64,000 nt of DNA. Source: an uncultured Acidobacteriaceae bacterium. GTDB lineage: Bacteria; Acidobacteriota; Terriglobia; Terriglobales; Acidobacteriaceae. Both the position numbers and the translations under genes were made by a program. Within the stretch, counting starts at the first letter, position 1, and every line of letters begins with the position of its first letter. Location: contig CAVWJR010000002.1 of assembly GCA_963755485.1 (NCBI GenBank), forward strand, positions 12,514 to 76,513. The letters are read 5' to 3'. The notes beneath the pieces are model-generated. The model searched no databases. It was not told the DNA's origin and saw nothing but the letters and a program-made list of their open reading frames with translations. This document shows positions 17,513 to 26,881 of this stretch, piece after piece.

Positions 17513-19330
17513 GTGAATCTGACAACCATCGACTGGGTCATCATGCTGTTGTATTTCGCTTTTGTGCTGGGCATTGGCTTCGCACTCAAGCGCTTCATGA
17601 AGACCAGCAAGGACTATCTGCAGGCCGGGCGCTCGCTTCCCGCCTGGATCTGCGGCCTGGCCTTTATCTCCGCCAATCTCGGCGCGCAGGAAGTCATCGG
17701 CATGGGCGCCTCGGGCGCCAAGTACGGCATCGTTACCAGCCAGTTTTACTGGATCGGAGCCATTCCGGCGATGATCTTCGTCGGCGTCTTCATGATGCCG
17801 TTCTACTACGGCTCGAAAGCGCGCTCGGTGCCCGAATTCCTGCGCCTCCGCTTCGACGAAAAAACGCGCGCCTGGAATGCCTGCACGTTCGCACTGATGA
17901 CGGTTTTCTCTTCCGGCATTTCGATGTATGCGATGGCTCGCCTCATCCAGACCCTTCACGTCTTCGACAAGCCTTTTCAGCAGCTAGGTCTGCCACTGGA
18001 TTGGATTTTCCATTTCTCCATCATTCTGTCGGCGATCATCGTTCTCTGCTACATCTTCCTGGGCGGGCTCACCAGCGCTATTTATAACGAAGTTCTCCAG
18101 TTCTTCCTCATCGTTGCCGGTTTTTTACCTCTGGTGTGGGTGGGTCTGAAAAATGTTGGCGGCTGGAATGGCCTCAAAGCGGCCCTGCCCAGCGCTTACA
18201 TGCATTCCTGGCAAGGCATGGGGAGCTCGCAAACCAATCCGCTGGGAGTGGACTGGTTTGGCCTGATCGCGGGTCTCGGCTTCGTGCTCTCCTTCGGCTA
18301 CTGGTGTACCGATTTTCTTGTCATCCAGACCGCCATGGCAGCGAACTCCGAAGAATCAGCGCGCCGCGTGCCGCTGATCGCCGCGATCCCGAAGATGTTC
18401 TTCCCGTTCCTGGTGATTTTGCCCGGGCTCATCGCCATCGGCACGCCCATGGTGACGCGCAATGTGATGAGCCACGCGGCTCCTGTCGGCCTGACGGCAA
18501 CCACATCCGGCTCAGAGAGCCTCAGCGCCGGACGCGGTCTCATCCCGGCCAAGGTCGATCCCGTCACCGGCAAAATCATGATCGACACGCACGGCCAGCC
18601 GGTGCTCGACTACGACCTCGCCATCCCGAACATGCTCCTCCACTACTTTCCCACCGGCATTCTCGGCCTCGGGCTCACGGCGCTGCTGGCCAGCTTCATG
18701 TCCGGCATGGCCGGCAACGTCACCGCCTTCAATACCGTCTGGACCTTCGACCTCTACCAGTCCTACATCCACAAGGGTGCGAGTGACGCTCACTATCTGA
18801 AGGTGGGCCGATGGACCACGGTGGTTGGCATTTTGATTTCGATGGGCACTGCCTACATCGTCCTCGGCTTCAACAACATCATGGACACGTTGCAGCTGGT
18901 GTTTTCCATCGTCAACGCCCCGCTCTTTGCTACGTTTCTGCTGGGCATGTTCTGGAAGCGCTCCACAGGACACGCCGCCTTCATAGGACTAGCCAGCGGA
19001 ACCGTGGGGGCGATGTTGCATCACGGGCTGACTATCGCAGCCGGCGAGCACCCGGGAATCCATGGCGGCTGGCTGCATGTGATTCACACTTATCCCAGCG
19101 ATATGGCGCAGAATTTCTGGCAGGCTATCTTTGCCTTCACTATCAACTTCACACTGACCGTCATCATCAGCCTTTTCACCAAACCACGGCCGGAGAAGGA
19201 GCTTGTCGGTCTGGTCTACTCGCTCACGCCCAAGCCGGTCGAACATCATATGGCCTGGTACGCACGTCCCACCAACATTGCCATCGGCCTGCTGGTCCTG
19301 CTGGTGGGTCTGAACTTCATCTTCAGGTAA
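17513..19330 (+). CDS. Sodium:solute symporter family (SSF) transporter
   Basis: A multi-TM protein with the typical SSF N-terminus ..DWVIMLLYFAFVLGIGFALKRFMKTSKDYLQAGRSLPAW... The start is chosen at GTG 17513, behind GAGGAAA. The track ORF begins at 17456. Confidence 0.85.
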   Translation: MNLTTIDWVIMLLYFAFVLGIGFALKRFMKTSKDYLQAGRSLPAWICGLAFISANLGAQEVIGMGASGAKYGIVTSQFYWIGAIPAMIFVGVFMMPFYYGSKARSVPEFLRLRFDEKTRAWNACTFALMTVFSSGISMYAMARLIQTLHVFDKPFQQLGLPLDWIFHFSIILSAIIVLCYIFLGGLTSAIYNEVLQFFLIVAGFLPLVWVGLKNVGGWNGLKAALPSAYMHSWQGMGSSQTNPLGVDWFGLIAGLGFVLSFGYWCTDFLVIQTAMAANSEESARRVPLIAAIPKMFFPFLVILPGLIAIGTPMVTRNVMSHAAPVGLTATTSGSESLSAGRGLIPAKVDPVTGKIMIDTHGQPVLDYDLAIPNMLLHYFPTGILGLGLTALLASFMSGMAGNVTAFNTVWTFDLYQSYIHKGASDAHYLKVGRWTTVVGILISMGTAYIVLGFNNIMDTLQLVFSIVNAPLFATFLLGMFWKRSTGHAAFIGLASGTVGAMLHHGLTIAAGEHPGIHGGWLHVIHTYPSDMAQNFWQAIFAFTINFTLTVIISLFTKPRPEKELVGLVYSLTPKPVEHHMAWYARPTNIAIGLLVLLVGLNFIFR

Positions 19331-19373
19331 GCGGTTCAGCAGATTGAATCAGGAGAATGAGAGGTAACGCCAA

Positions 19374-19622
19374 ATGAGTCTCGATCTGCGCATTCCGATG
19401 GGCCTGATGTTCTTCGTTGTTGGCGTCATGCTCACCCTCTACGGTTTCTTCACCCGTGGAAGCGGAATCTATGACAAGTCGGCGGGCATGGACATCAACC
19501 TTATATGGGGACTCGTAATGCTCGTCTTTGGGGCCACGATGTTCCTGATGGGCCGGCGCGCCGATAAGCATCCCACGCCACAACCGCCGTCGGAAGACAC
19601 GTCCCGCCCGCTGGGCCACTGA
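19374..19622 (+). CDS. Small two-TM membrane protein downstream of the symporter
   Basis: The 82-aa ORF has two hydrophobic spans (GLMFFVVGVMLTLYGFF, LIWGLVMLVFGATMFLMG). It starts 43 nt after the SSF stop. Confidence 0.55.
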   Translation: MSLDLRIPMGLMFFVVGVMLTLYGFFTRGSGIYDKSAGMDINLIWGLVMLVFGATMFLMGRRADKHPTPQPPSEDTSRPLGH

Positions 19623-19637
19623 TGACCGCCGCTTCGT

Positions 19638-20105
19638 TCAGTTGGCCGGAAGCCTCGCCAGAAAATCATTCATCGCCCGCTCCACTTCCTCTGGATTCGA
19701 CACGAACACATGGTGGTTCGCGTTCGCGATCCGCACCACCGGATCCGCCGGCATCGCCCGCTCGAACGCGTTGGACTGATCCGTGCACCGGTTGAGATCG
19801 AAAGCCCGGAACGATGCCTGTGCCATCGGATCGTTCGCAAAAGGTCCGCGAGATGCCGGGCCCATGTCATGCGGACAAGCAAAGATCGCCAAAGCCGGTG
19901 CATCGATCCTGGTGAACTTTTCCATTCCGAACCAGACTGCCAGCGGAATCGGCGGAGGAGCCGGTGGAGCGGGCACATCCGGCATCTCCGCCAGGCGGAT
20001 TTCCTCCGCGTCCAGGTCCCGATGGAGTTGCGCCACGCTCTCTCGTAATTCGTCGACAAAGGTGCAATTCTTCAGAGATCCGCGAGGATCTTGCATGCCG
20101 GCCAA
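19638..20105 (-). CDS. C-terminal-half fragment of an alpha/beta-fold hydrolase (possible gene remnant)
   Basis: The 155-aa ORF ends with a typical alpha/beta-hydrolase tail, ...IDAPALAIFACPHD...ANHHVFVSNPEEVERAMNDFL. No GxSxG nucleophile region is present. Only 49 nt separate its ATG from the divergent TetR gene. Confidence 0.5.
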   Translation of the reverse strand: MAGMQDPRGSLKNCTFVDELRESVAQLHRDLDAEEIRLAEMPDVPAPPAPPPIPLAVWFGMEKFTRIDAPALAIFACPHDMGPASRGPFANDPMAQASFRAFDLNRCTDQSNAFERAMPADPVVRIANANHHVFVSNPEEVERAMNDFLARLPAN

Positions 20106-20118
20106 TTCCCTGATATTT

Positions 20119-20144
20119 TTAACTAACCGTTTAATTTAACTAAC
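20119..20144. promoter_or_regulatory. Direct repeat TTAACTAAC x2 (17-nt period) in an AT-rich spacer; candidate TetR operator or promoter
   Basis: TTTTTAACTAACCG (20119-20127 core) and ATTTAACTAACTG (20136-20144 core) were read directly. They lie 10-35 nt upstream of the TetR ATG at 20155. Confidence 0.4.
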
Positions 20145-20154
20145 TGGTCAATCA

Positions 20155-20871
20155 ATGCCCCGATCCCAACAGCACCGCGCCGACCAGACCCGCGATCGCA
20201 TCCTTCACGCCGCGATCCGTGAGTTCAGCGAGCACGGACTTGCCGGCGCTCGCACCAGCGCCATCGCTGAGGCTGCCCGCGTCAACAAAGCTCTCCTCTA
20301 CTACTATTTTCGCGATAAGGAAGCCCTCTACACCGCTGCGCTCGAGGAAGTGGCCGGCAAAGTGGCCGGCGACGCCATCGCCGTCCTCCGCTTCGACTGT
20401 TCGCCGGGCGAGCGGGTCCTGCGTTTCGCCCTCCAGCATTTCGATCGGATCTTTACCCATCACGGCTTCCAGGCCCTGATGCAACAGGAGATGGTTCGCT
20501 TCCGCACCGGGCAATCCAACGCCATGCGCATCATCGCGGAAAAGGCCTTTGTGCCGATGTGGGGTATTGCCCTCGACAACGTACGCCAGGGCATCGACTC
20601 TGGCGAGTTGTGCAAGGTCGACCCGATGCAGATGATGTACGCCGGCCTCGGCGCCAACGCCTTCTATTTCCTCAGCGCGCCGATGGTTCGGCTCATCGCC
20701 GACGTTGACCCACTCGAACCCTCCGCCCTCCTGGCGCGCAGAATCGCCGCCATTGAATACCTCGGACAATCCATTTTTACCGACCGCAGACGCGGCGCTC
20801 GCCTGGCGAAGGCCGTGCTCGCTGCCATGCCCGTGCCGGAGACCGCAATTCCTGAGAGAAAGACCGCATGA
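20155..20871 (+). CDS. TetR/AcrR-family transcriptional regulator
   Basis: TRDRILHAAIREFSEHGLAGARTSAIAEAARVNKALLYYYFRDKEALY is a TetR_N HTH. Its stop overlaps the HlyD start (ATGA). Confidence 0.9.
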   Translation: MPRSQQHRADQTRDRILHAAIREFSEHGLAGARTSAIAEAARVNKALLYYYFRDKEALYTAALEEVAGKVAGDAIAVLRFDCSPGERVLRFALQHFDRIFTHHGFQALMQQEMVRFRTGQSNAMRIIAEKAFVPMWGIALDNVRQGIDSGELCKVDPMQMMYAGLGANAFYFLSAPMVRLIADVDPLEPSALLARRIAAIEYLGQSIFTDRRRGARLAKAVLAAMPVPETAIPERKTA

Positions 20872-21932
20872 AACCGCGCAATCGCATTTTTATGATCATG
20901 GGGGTGCTGCTCATCATCGCCCTCTGCTGGTACTTTTTTTCCACGAAACAAACCAGCGACCTGCAACTCATCGGCACGGTAGATGCCAACGAAGTTGTCG
21001 TCAGCTCGCGCATCCAGGGGCAAATTCAGTCGCTGGCCGTCGATGAAGGTCAGCGGGTAACAGCGGGCCAGTTAGTCGCGACCATCGAAGCCCAGGACCT
21101 TGCTGCAGCCCGCAACGCCGCCGCCGCCACCGTCTCGAGCGACAGGCAAAAAGTGGCCGGTTCGCGCGACACGGAGCAACAAACCCAGGGCGACACCACC
21201 AGTCAGGTGATTGCCGCTGAAGCGCAGCTTCGCGTTGCTCGCGCGGCGCTGGCCCAGGCGCAGGCCCAGTACGATCATCAGGAGGCCGACACCACGCGTG
21301 CGGTGGCCCTGGCCCAGGCGGGCGTCACCAGTCAGCAAATCCGCGACGAACAAGTCACCAGTCTCAACGCCGCCAAAGCTGCCGTCGACTCGGCACGCGA
21401 AAATGTTGCCGCGGCGGAAGCGGCCCTCAGGACCGCACAGGTAAACCTGGTCGAAACGCAGGCTGCGGCCAAGACCGTCGCTGCCACGCGCGATGAAATG
21501 CGTAACGCGCAGGACCTGCTGGATCAGGCGGACGTAACCCTCGGCTACTCCCGCGTCGTTTCCCCGGTCACCGGAATCGTGAATGTCCGCGCCGCGCGCC
21601 AGGGAGAGGTCGTTTCTGCCACAACCCCAATCGTCACCATCGTCGATCTCTCGCAGACCTGGGTCTATGCGCCTTTGCCGGAAACCGAATCCGACGCGGT
21701 GCAGTTGGGAGACAAGCTGCGAGTAGTCATGCCCAGTGGCGCGACAGTTCAGGGCACAGTGATTGCCAAGGCCGCCGAGGCCGGTTTCGCAACCCAGCGC
21801 GACGTTAGCCGCCGCAAACGCGACATCGAAACCATCCAGCTGAAGCTGCTTATCGACAATCCGGGGATGCGTTACGTCCCCGGCATGATCGCCGAGGTTT
21901 ACGTCCCCAAAGACAAGCTGGTGAAGCAATGA
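20868..21932 (+). CDS. HlyD-family membrane fusion / periplasmic adaptor protein
   Basis: An N-terminal TM segment is followed by lipoyl-like ..IQGQIQSLAVDEGQRVTAGQLVATIE.., a long Ala/Gln-rich coiled coil, and ..GYSRVVSPVTGIV... Confidence 0.88.
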   Translation: MKPRNRIFMIMGVLLIIALCWYFFSTKQTSDLQLIGTVDANEVVVSSRIQGQIQSLAVDEGQRVTAGQLVATIEAQDLAAARNAAAATVSSDRQKVAGSRDTEQQTQGDTTSQVIAAEAQLRVARAALAQAQAQYDHQEADTTRAVALAQAGVTSQQIRDEQVTSLNAAKAAVDSARENVAAAEAALRTAQVNLVETQAAAKTVAATRDEMRNAQDLLDQADVTLGYSRVVSPVTGIVNVRAARQGEVVSATTPIVTIVDLSQTWVYAPLPETESDAVQLGDKLRVVMPSGATVQGTVIAKAAEAGFATQRDVSRRKRDIETIQLKLLIDNPGMRYVPGMIAEVYVPKDKLVKQ

Positions 21933-22972
21933 CGGACACAAAGTCCACACCGGCCCCTTCGGCGGTGGCAAGTCCCCCTGCGGCCATCGCGGTGGAGAAC
22001 ATCGTCAAACGATACGGAACCTTTGAAGCCGTCAGCGGGGTCAGCTTCGAGGTTGCGGACGGCGAGATCTTTGGCCTCCTCGGTCCGAACGGCGCGGGCA
22101 AATCCACGCTCATACGCATGATGACTACGCTGATTCCCGTCACCGCTGGACGGGCGATCATCGCGGGTCATGATGTTTCCCGCGAAGCCGATGCAGTGCG
22201 GCGACTCATTGGTGTGATTCCGCAGGCGCTCACCAGCGACATTGATCTAACCGTCGAGGAAAACCTTTCCATCTACGCCAAGCTCTATGGTGTTCAGCAT
22301 GCACAGCGCGAGCGCAACATCGCGAGGCTGCTGGAAGCCGTCGACCTGACCAAATGGCGCCAGGCCCAAACCAAGACTCTCTCCGGCGGTATGAGAAGAC
22401 GGCTGGAGATCGCCCGCGGTTTGATCCACGACCCGCGCATCTTTTTTCTCGACGAGCCGACCACCGGTCTCGATCCCGTATCCCGCGTTGCCGTCTGGGA
22501 GATGCTCGACAAACTGCGCGCCAGCATGAAACTGACCATCCTGATCACGACCCATTACATGGACGAAGCCGACAATCTCTGCGACCGGATCGCCATCATC
22601 GACCACGGCAAGCTTGTGGCATTAGATACACCTCTCGGGTTGAAGTCCAGTGTGCCCGGCTCGAGCGTCATCGAAGTGCAGTTTGGCCACAATGGGGTGG
22701 ATCGAAAGCCGCAGCTGGAGAAGCTGGCCGCAGTCACCGGCGTCGAATCGCGCGGTTCGGGCGAATACAGGCTGATGACCTCCAATGGATCGCTGACGAC
22801 CACCCAGCTGGTGGAAATGGCCACCGCTGCCGGCGACACGATTCAGGGTCTCAGCGTGCAAAATACCACTCTCGACGACGTCTTTGTGTACTACACCGGG
22901 CGTCAGCTCCGCGACGAGCAGGTCAAGCCTCTGAGCTTCATCATGCCGCCGCGGCCGGGGATGCAACCATGA
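21929..22972 (+). CDS. ABC transporter ATP-binding protein (ABC-2/DrrA-type)
   Basis: Walker A is GLLGPNGAGKST, the signature is LSGGMRRRLEIA, and Walker B is IFFLDEPTTGLD. ATGA overlaps occur on both sides. Confidence 0.92.
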   Translation: MTDTKSTPAPSAVASPPAAIAVENIVKRYGTFEAVSGVSFEVADGEIFGLLGPNGAGKSTLIRMMTTLIPVTAGRAIIAGHDVSREADAVRRLIGVIPQALTSDIDLTVEENLSIYAKLYGVQHAQRERNIARLLEAVDLTKWRQAQTKTLSGGMRRRLEIARGLIHDPRIFFLDEPTTGLDPVSRVAVWEMLDKLRASMKLTILITTHYMDEADNLCDRIAIIDHGKLVALDTPLGLKSSVPGSSVIEVQFGHNGVDRKPQLEKLAAVTGVESRGSGEYRLMTSNGSLTTTQLVEMATAAGDTIQGLSVQNTTLDDVFVYYTGRQLRDEQVKPLSFIMPPRPGMQP

Positions 22973-24081
22973 ACAGAATGTGGGCGATTGTCGAACGCGA
23001 GCTTCGCAAATTTTTCCGCTCCCCGACTCTCATGCTGATGTCCATGACCCTGCCTCTGGTGCAGCTGATCATTTTAGGCAACGCTTTCGGCGGCAAAGTC
23101 ACCAATGCGCGCATGGGCGTGGTGGACTACGACCACGGTGAGGAGGCGTTGAAGGTCCATGAGGCTTTCCAGGCCGTCGCCGCAAATATCCGCACATTCA
23201 CCACGGTGCCCTATACCAACGAGCAAACCGCCAGAGAAGATGTGCGCACCGGAAAAATAGACGCCGCTGTGATCATTCCCGCGCAATACTCGCGACGTGT
23301 CCTGGCCGGCGAGTCCCCGCAGATCGGTTTGGTGGTCGATAATTCCGACCAGTTCGTCAGCGGGAGCCTTGAATCCGAGATGCAGTCCCTGGTGGATGCA
23401 CTCAACGCGCCTCTGATCCAGCCCAAAGTGGTGCAGGCCGTCACGCTCGATATTGTGGAGCTTTACCCCTATATCGAGTACATGAAGTTTCTTCTCGCCG
23501 GCTCCGTCGCCCTCGCCATGTATATCTCGGTGATGATCGGCGGTGGAATGTTATATATCGACGACAAAGCTCGCGGCGTCCACGAAGGCTATCTGGTCAC
23601 ACCGATTACCAAACTGGAACTGGTTATGGGACTGAATATCGCAGGCGCCGTCAAGGCGGTTCTGTCGGGTATCAGCCTGTGCGTTATAGGATCTCTGCTC
23701 GCCGGACTTGGCGTCATCTTTCATCCTGTTGCGGTCCTGCAGCTCGCGCTTCTGATCGTCGCCACATCCATCGCCTTCAATGGCATGATGTTTCTGCTCA
23801 TGGTGCGGGTCGACGATCCGTTAGTGCCCCGTGCCATGTTCGGCGTCCTGAACACGCTGCTCTTCTTCCCCAGTGGCGCCATCTATCCGATCACTGCGTT
23901 TCCGCCCTGGCTCCGCGCCATCGCCGTCGTGGACCCGTTTACCTATGCTGTGCATGGATTCAAGGCGATTCTGATTAAGGACGGCGGCTTCGCGGCGATC
24001 CGGAGCGACATCCTCTTCCTCTTTGGCTTCGGAATCGTTTCTTTGATGCTGGCCACGCCCTTGTTTAAACGCACCTTATAA
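22969..24081 (+). CDS. ABC-2 type transporter permease
   Basis: MNRMWAIVERELRKFFRSPTLMLMSMTLPLVQL... with six TM spans. The start at ATG 22969 overlaps the ATPase stop. The N-terminal 205 aa of track ORF 22354.. is out-of-frame overlap with the ATPase gene. Confidence 0.88.
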   Translation: MNRMWAIVERELRKFFRSPTLMLMSMTLPLVQLIILGNAFGGKVTNARMGVVDYDHGEEALKVHEAFQAVAANIRTFTTVPYTNEQTAREDVRTGKIDAAVIIPAQYSRRVLAGESPQIGLVVDNSDQFVSGSLESEMQSLVDALNAPLIQPKVVQAVTLDIVELYPYIEYMKFLLAGSVALAMYISVMIGGGMLYIDDKARGVHEGYLVTPITKLELVMGLNIAGAVKAVLSGISLCVIGSLLAGLGVIFHPVAVLQLALLIVATSIAFNGMMFLLMVRVDDPLVPRAMFGVLNTLLFFPSGAIYPITAFPPWLRAIAVVDPFTYAVHGFKAILIKDGGFAAIRSDILFLFGFGIVSLMLATPLFKRTL

Positions 24082-24082
24082 C

Positions 24083-24111
24083 GGAAAGGCGGGCTTCGCG
24101 CCCGCCTTTCC
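24083..24111. terminator. Bidirectional stem-loop terminator between convergent genes
   Basis: GGAAAGGCGGGC-ttcgc-GCCCGCCTTTCC, a 12-bp perfect stem. It lies between the permease stop (24081) and the stop of the small minus-strand gene (24111). Confidence 0.7.
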
Positions 24112-24338
24112 TATGCGGCTTTTGCTGCCTTTCCAGCGGCCTTGCGCCGGAGCGCCCAGCGCCGCTTTAGCGCATCGGAAATTCGCTTTCTTCCTTCCGG
24201 GGACAATCGGCGCTTCCGCGTGGATTTTCCCGGCGGCCTTCCCCGTCTCTTTGCGCCCGCACCGGCCAGCAGGGCCCGCGCTTCCTTCAGCCTGGCGATC
24301 TCTCTCTCCAGCTCTGTGACGATCTGCGTAACTTGCAT
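24111..24338 (-). CDS. Small basic coiled-coil protein with an AT-hook-like RGRPPGK motif (putative DNA-binding / nucleoid-associated)
   Basis: MQVTQIVTELEREIARLKEARALLAGAGAKRRGRPPGKSTRKRRLSPEGRKRISDALKRRWALRRKAAGKAAKAA. ATG 24338 is preceded by GGGAGG at 7-nt spacing. The track ORF starts at GTG 24353. Confidence 0.6.
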   Translation of the reverse strand: MQVTQIVTELEREIARLKEARALLAGAGAKRRGRPPGKSTRKRRLSPEGRKRISDALKRRWALRRKAAGKAAKAA

Positions 24339-24456
24339 TGTTACCTCCCTCACTTCGAATAAAGAGCCCTGCTTCGGAAGCCAAGGCTGGCCCGTTTCAT
24401 ATCCAGACTAAATTGTGGAGGGCTAACTCTACAACAGAAAGTTATGGCTGCTGCGG

Positions 24457-26811
24457 CTAGTGTTCTTCATCATCCCCTGACGGACGTGGAGCCGGAATCG
24501 ACTGGTCGTCCCTGCCGGGGGTCCTATAACTTATGCCCACCTGGCTGTCCCGCGAACTGTCCTGCGTATAGCGGCGGAGATTTCGCAGTGTCTCCTGCTT
24601 GTCGCGCGCGTAGTCCATAGCCAGCCGCGTCAGAGCATAAGTCATGATGTCGCTGTGGTGCAATCCCTGCATTTCCGGATCTCGCCGTAAATTAAGCCAC
24701 AAACGGTGAACCAGCTGGACATCTTCGGCACGCAGCGCCGGAGCGTGGGGCCCGATATGAAAAGCCTCCGCTTCTCCGTCGGGCATGATCACATAGAACG
24801 TGAATTGCCGTTTCGGCTCGGGCAGGTTCTCCCATGCCTGGCCTACGTGAAAAGCCTGCTCCTGCGCTGACATCCTCGTCGATAACCCCGACACCAGCGC
24901 AGCGACCTCGAGTGAGTTAGCCGCCTGCACCAGAGCGGCGAAGATGTCGCCGGCCGGCACCACCAACAATGAAATATGCTTGCCGAAGCTTTCCGCCACC
25001 GACACCGCCTTGGTGAAAAGCATCTGCTCATGTTCGCTGAATATCTGGTTGTCCACATATTCCGGACCGCCGGCGCCCATCATTCGGGCCGTCAGCACGA
25101 CAATGTCCTGTTGATCGGTACGGGTTCGAGCCAGAGCCCATTTCAGCGCGTACGGGTTGACCGGGTCCCGCATCGTCACCAGAACGCTGCCGGGGCGGAC
25201 CTGGAGCGCCTCCCGCCCGATTGTGTCCTGCTGCTCAAGCTGAAAGTGCTCGCGCATCTGTTGCTGGGTGCGCTGATGCTTACTCGCATTCTGTCGCTCC
25301 GAGACCGCGAAAATCGTGAAAAACACCGCCGTGAAGGCAATGCCGCTTTCGGTGGCTACACTTTTCGTGATCAAGTTGACGATGGCAATCGTCGCCAGGG
25401 TGAGGAAAACGCAGAAAAGTCCGACCGGCAGCTCTGTATTCCCGATCCGCAGGTTGACGGGAACCTTCCAGCCCCGTTCCCCCTTATATTTCCAGCGCAG
25501 GACCAGCATCGCGAGTGAGTTAAAGGTGAAGCTCCAGATGACGCCGAACGCATAAGCTTCACCCAGGGTGATCACATTCCCGCGGCTCACGATAATGGTG
25601 AATAACTGCAGCCCGGTAATCAGATTCAGAATGCGATAACTGGTTCCGAATCGCCGATGCGGCTTGCGAAACCAATCGGTGAGTACGCCGTCTTCGGCGA
25701 CCCTCATCATGACGCCCGTCGAGCCGATAATCGAGGTGTTAATCGCCCCGGAAAGAATCAGGAATCCAACAATGACGACGAAAACCCGGAAAATAATGCG
25801 CAGGACCTGCGGGCCCCACATATACATCGCCATGCCCGCGATCAGGTTGTCGCGATAAATCGGCACGCGAACGCTGTCCGGGATGATCATGGTCGCCAGC
25901 AGCGTCCCGACCCCCGTGAAGATGAAGCTGTAGATCGCAATGACGATCGCTGCGCGTTTTAGATTCTTCAGCTTGGGGTGCTCGATCTCGCGATTCACCT
26001 GCGCCAAAGTCTCTTCGCCGCTCATGGCCAGCACCGAATGACCGAAGGCCATCAGGATGCCGAAGAGTCCCAGCATCGTCGCCAGCCGCGTTCCGCTCAG
26101 AAAGCCCAGCGCATCGGAAGAAAAGTGCAAGTTGACGGGGATCGGCGAAGGTGGCAGCCTGGCACGGATATGAAATGCGGTAATCCCGCCCCACGCCAGC
26201 AGCAGCACCACCATCACGGTGGTCACCTGCATGACGCTCAGCGCCTTGTCAGTCGACTCTTCGATGCCCTTGGTGTTTTGCCACCAGTAGTAGATCGTTA
26301 CCGCGGCGGCCACCAGGGCCGAAGTTTCGTTGATGGGAAGGCCCTGGTGCCCCAATCCCATCGACCACGACGGGAGCCAGCCGTGCGCGGCGCTTACCCC
26401 CAGCAGCTCATTCAGCAGTCCGACGATGTATTGACCGGCAGATACGCCGGAGATCGGGCCGGTCAGGATGTAGTCGAACATCAGCGCCGACACGCTGAGC
26501 TTGGCGAAATTCCCGCCCAGCGCTTCCTTCACCACGCGATAGACGCCGCCGCGGGTGAACATCGAGCAGCTCTCGACATACACCGAGCGCACCGCAAAGG
26601 AAAAGAGCATGACCCCCAGGATGAACCAGGGTGCTGCCTTTCCTACCGCTTGTTCCGCAATGCCGCCTGCGTAGAAAGCCGACGATCCCAGATCGTTCAG
26701 CACCACTGCTGCTGCTCGCCAAAACGAAATGAAGGTGAGCATGACCGAGGAAGCAACGACCAGCTTCACACGATCCGATTGCGGTGCGTACCGGGTAGTT
26801 CCTGAGGACAT
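24457..26811 (-). CDS. APC-superfamily amino-acid/polyamine permease fused to a C-terminal Usp-like cytoplasmic domain
   Basis: The N-terminal ~480 aa are multi-TM and APC-like (..NDLGSSAFYAGGIAEQAVG.., ..FTRGGVYRVVKEALG..). The C-terminal ~300 aa are soluble, with a Usp-like fold signature (..VLVTMRDPVNPYALKWALARTRTDQQDIVVLTARMM..). Confidence 0.8.
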   Translation of the reverse strand: MSSGTTRYAPQSDRVKLVVASSVMLTFISFWRAAAVVLNDLGSSAFYAGGIAEQAVGKAAPWFILGVMLFSFAVRSVYVESCSMFTRGGVYRVVKEALGGNFAKLSVSALMFDYILTGPISGVSAGQYIVGLLNELLGVSAAHGWLPSWSMGLGHQGLPINETSALVAAAVTIYYWWQNTKGIEESTDKALSVMQVTTVMVVLLLAWGGITAFHIRARLPPSPIPVNLHFSSDALGFLSGTRLATMLGLFGILMAFGHSVLAMSGEETLAQVNREIEHPKLKNLKRAAIVIAIYSFIFTGVGTLLATMIIPDSVRVPIYRDNLIAGMAMYMWGPQVLRIIFRVFVVIVGFLILSGAINTSIIGSTGVMMRVAEDGVLTDWFRKPHRRFGTSYRILNLITGLQLFTIIVSRGNVITLGEAYAFGVIWSFTFNSLAMLVLRWKYKGERGWKVPVNLRIGNTELPVGLFCVFLTLATIAIVNLITKSVATESGIAFTAVFFTIFAVSERQNASKHQRTQQQMREHFQLEQQDTIGREALQVRPGSVLVTMRDPVNPYALKWALARTRTDQQDIVVLTARMMGAGGPEYVDNQIFSEHEQMLFTKAVSVAESFGKHISLLVVPAGDIFAALVQAANSLEVAALVSGLSTRMSAQEQAFHVGQAWENLPEPKRQFTFYVIMPDGEAEAFHIGPHAPALRAEDVQLVHRLWLNLRRDPEMQGLHHSDIMTYALTRLAMDYARDKQETLRNLRRYTQDSSRDSQVGISYRTPGRDDQSIPAPRPSGDDEEH

Positions 26812-26881
26812 TGGAGGCGCAGACGCTCGTGGGGGGAGCGGCGAAAGGACACAATGCTCCCGCCGACGCGCCCAGCGCTGA

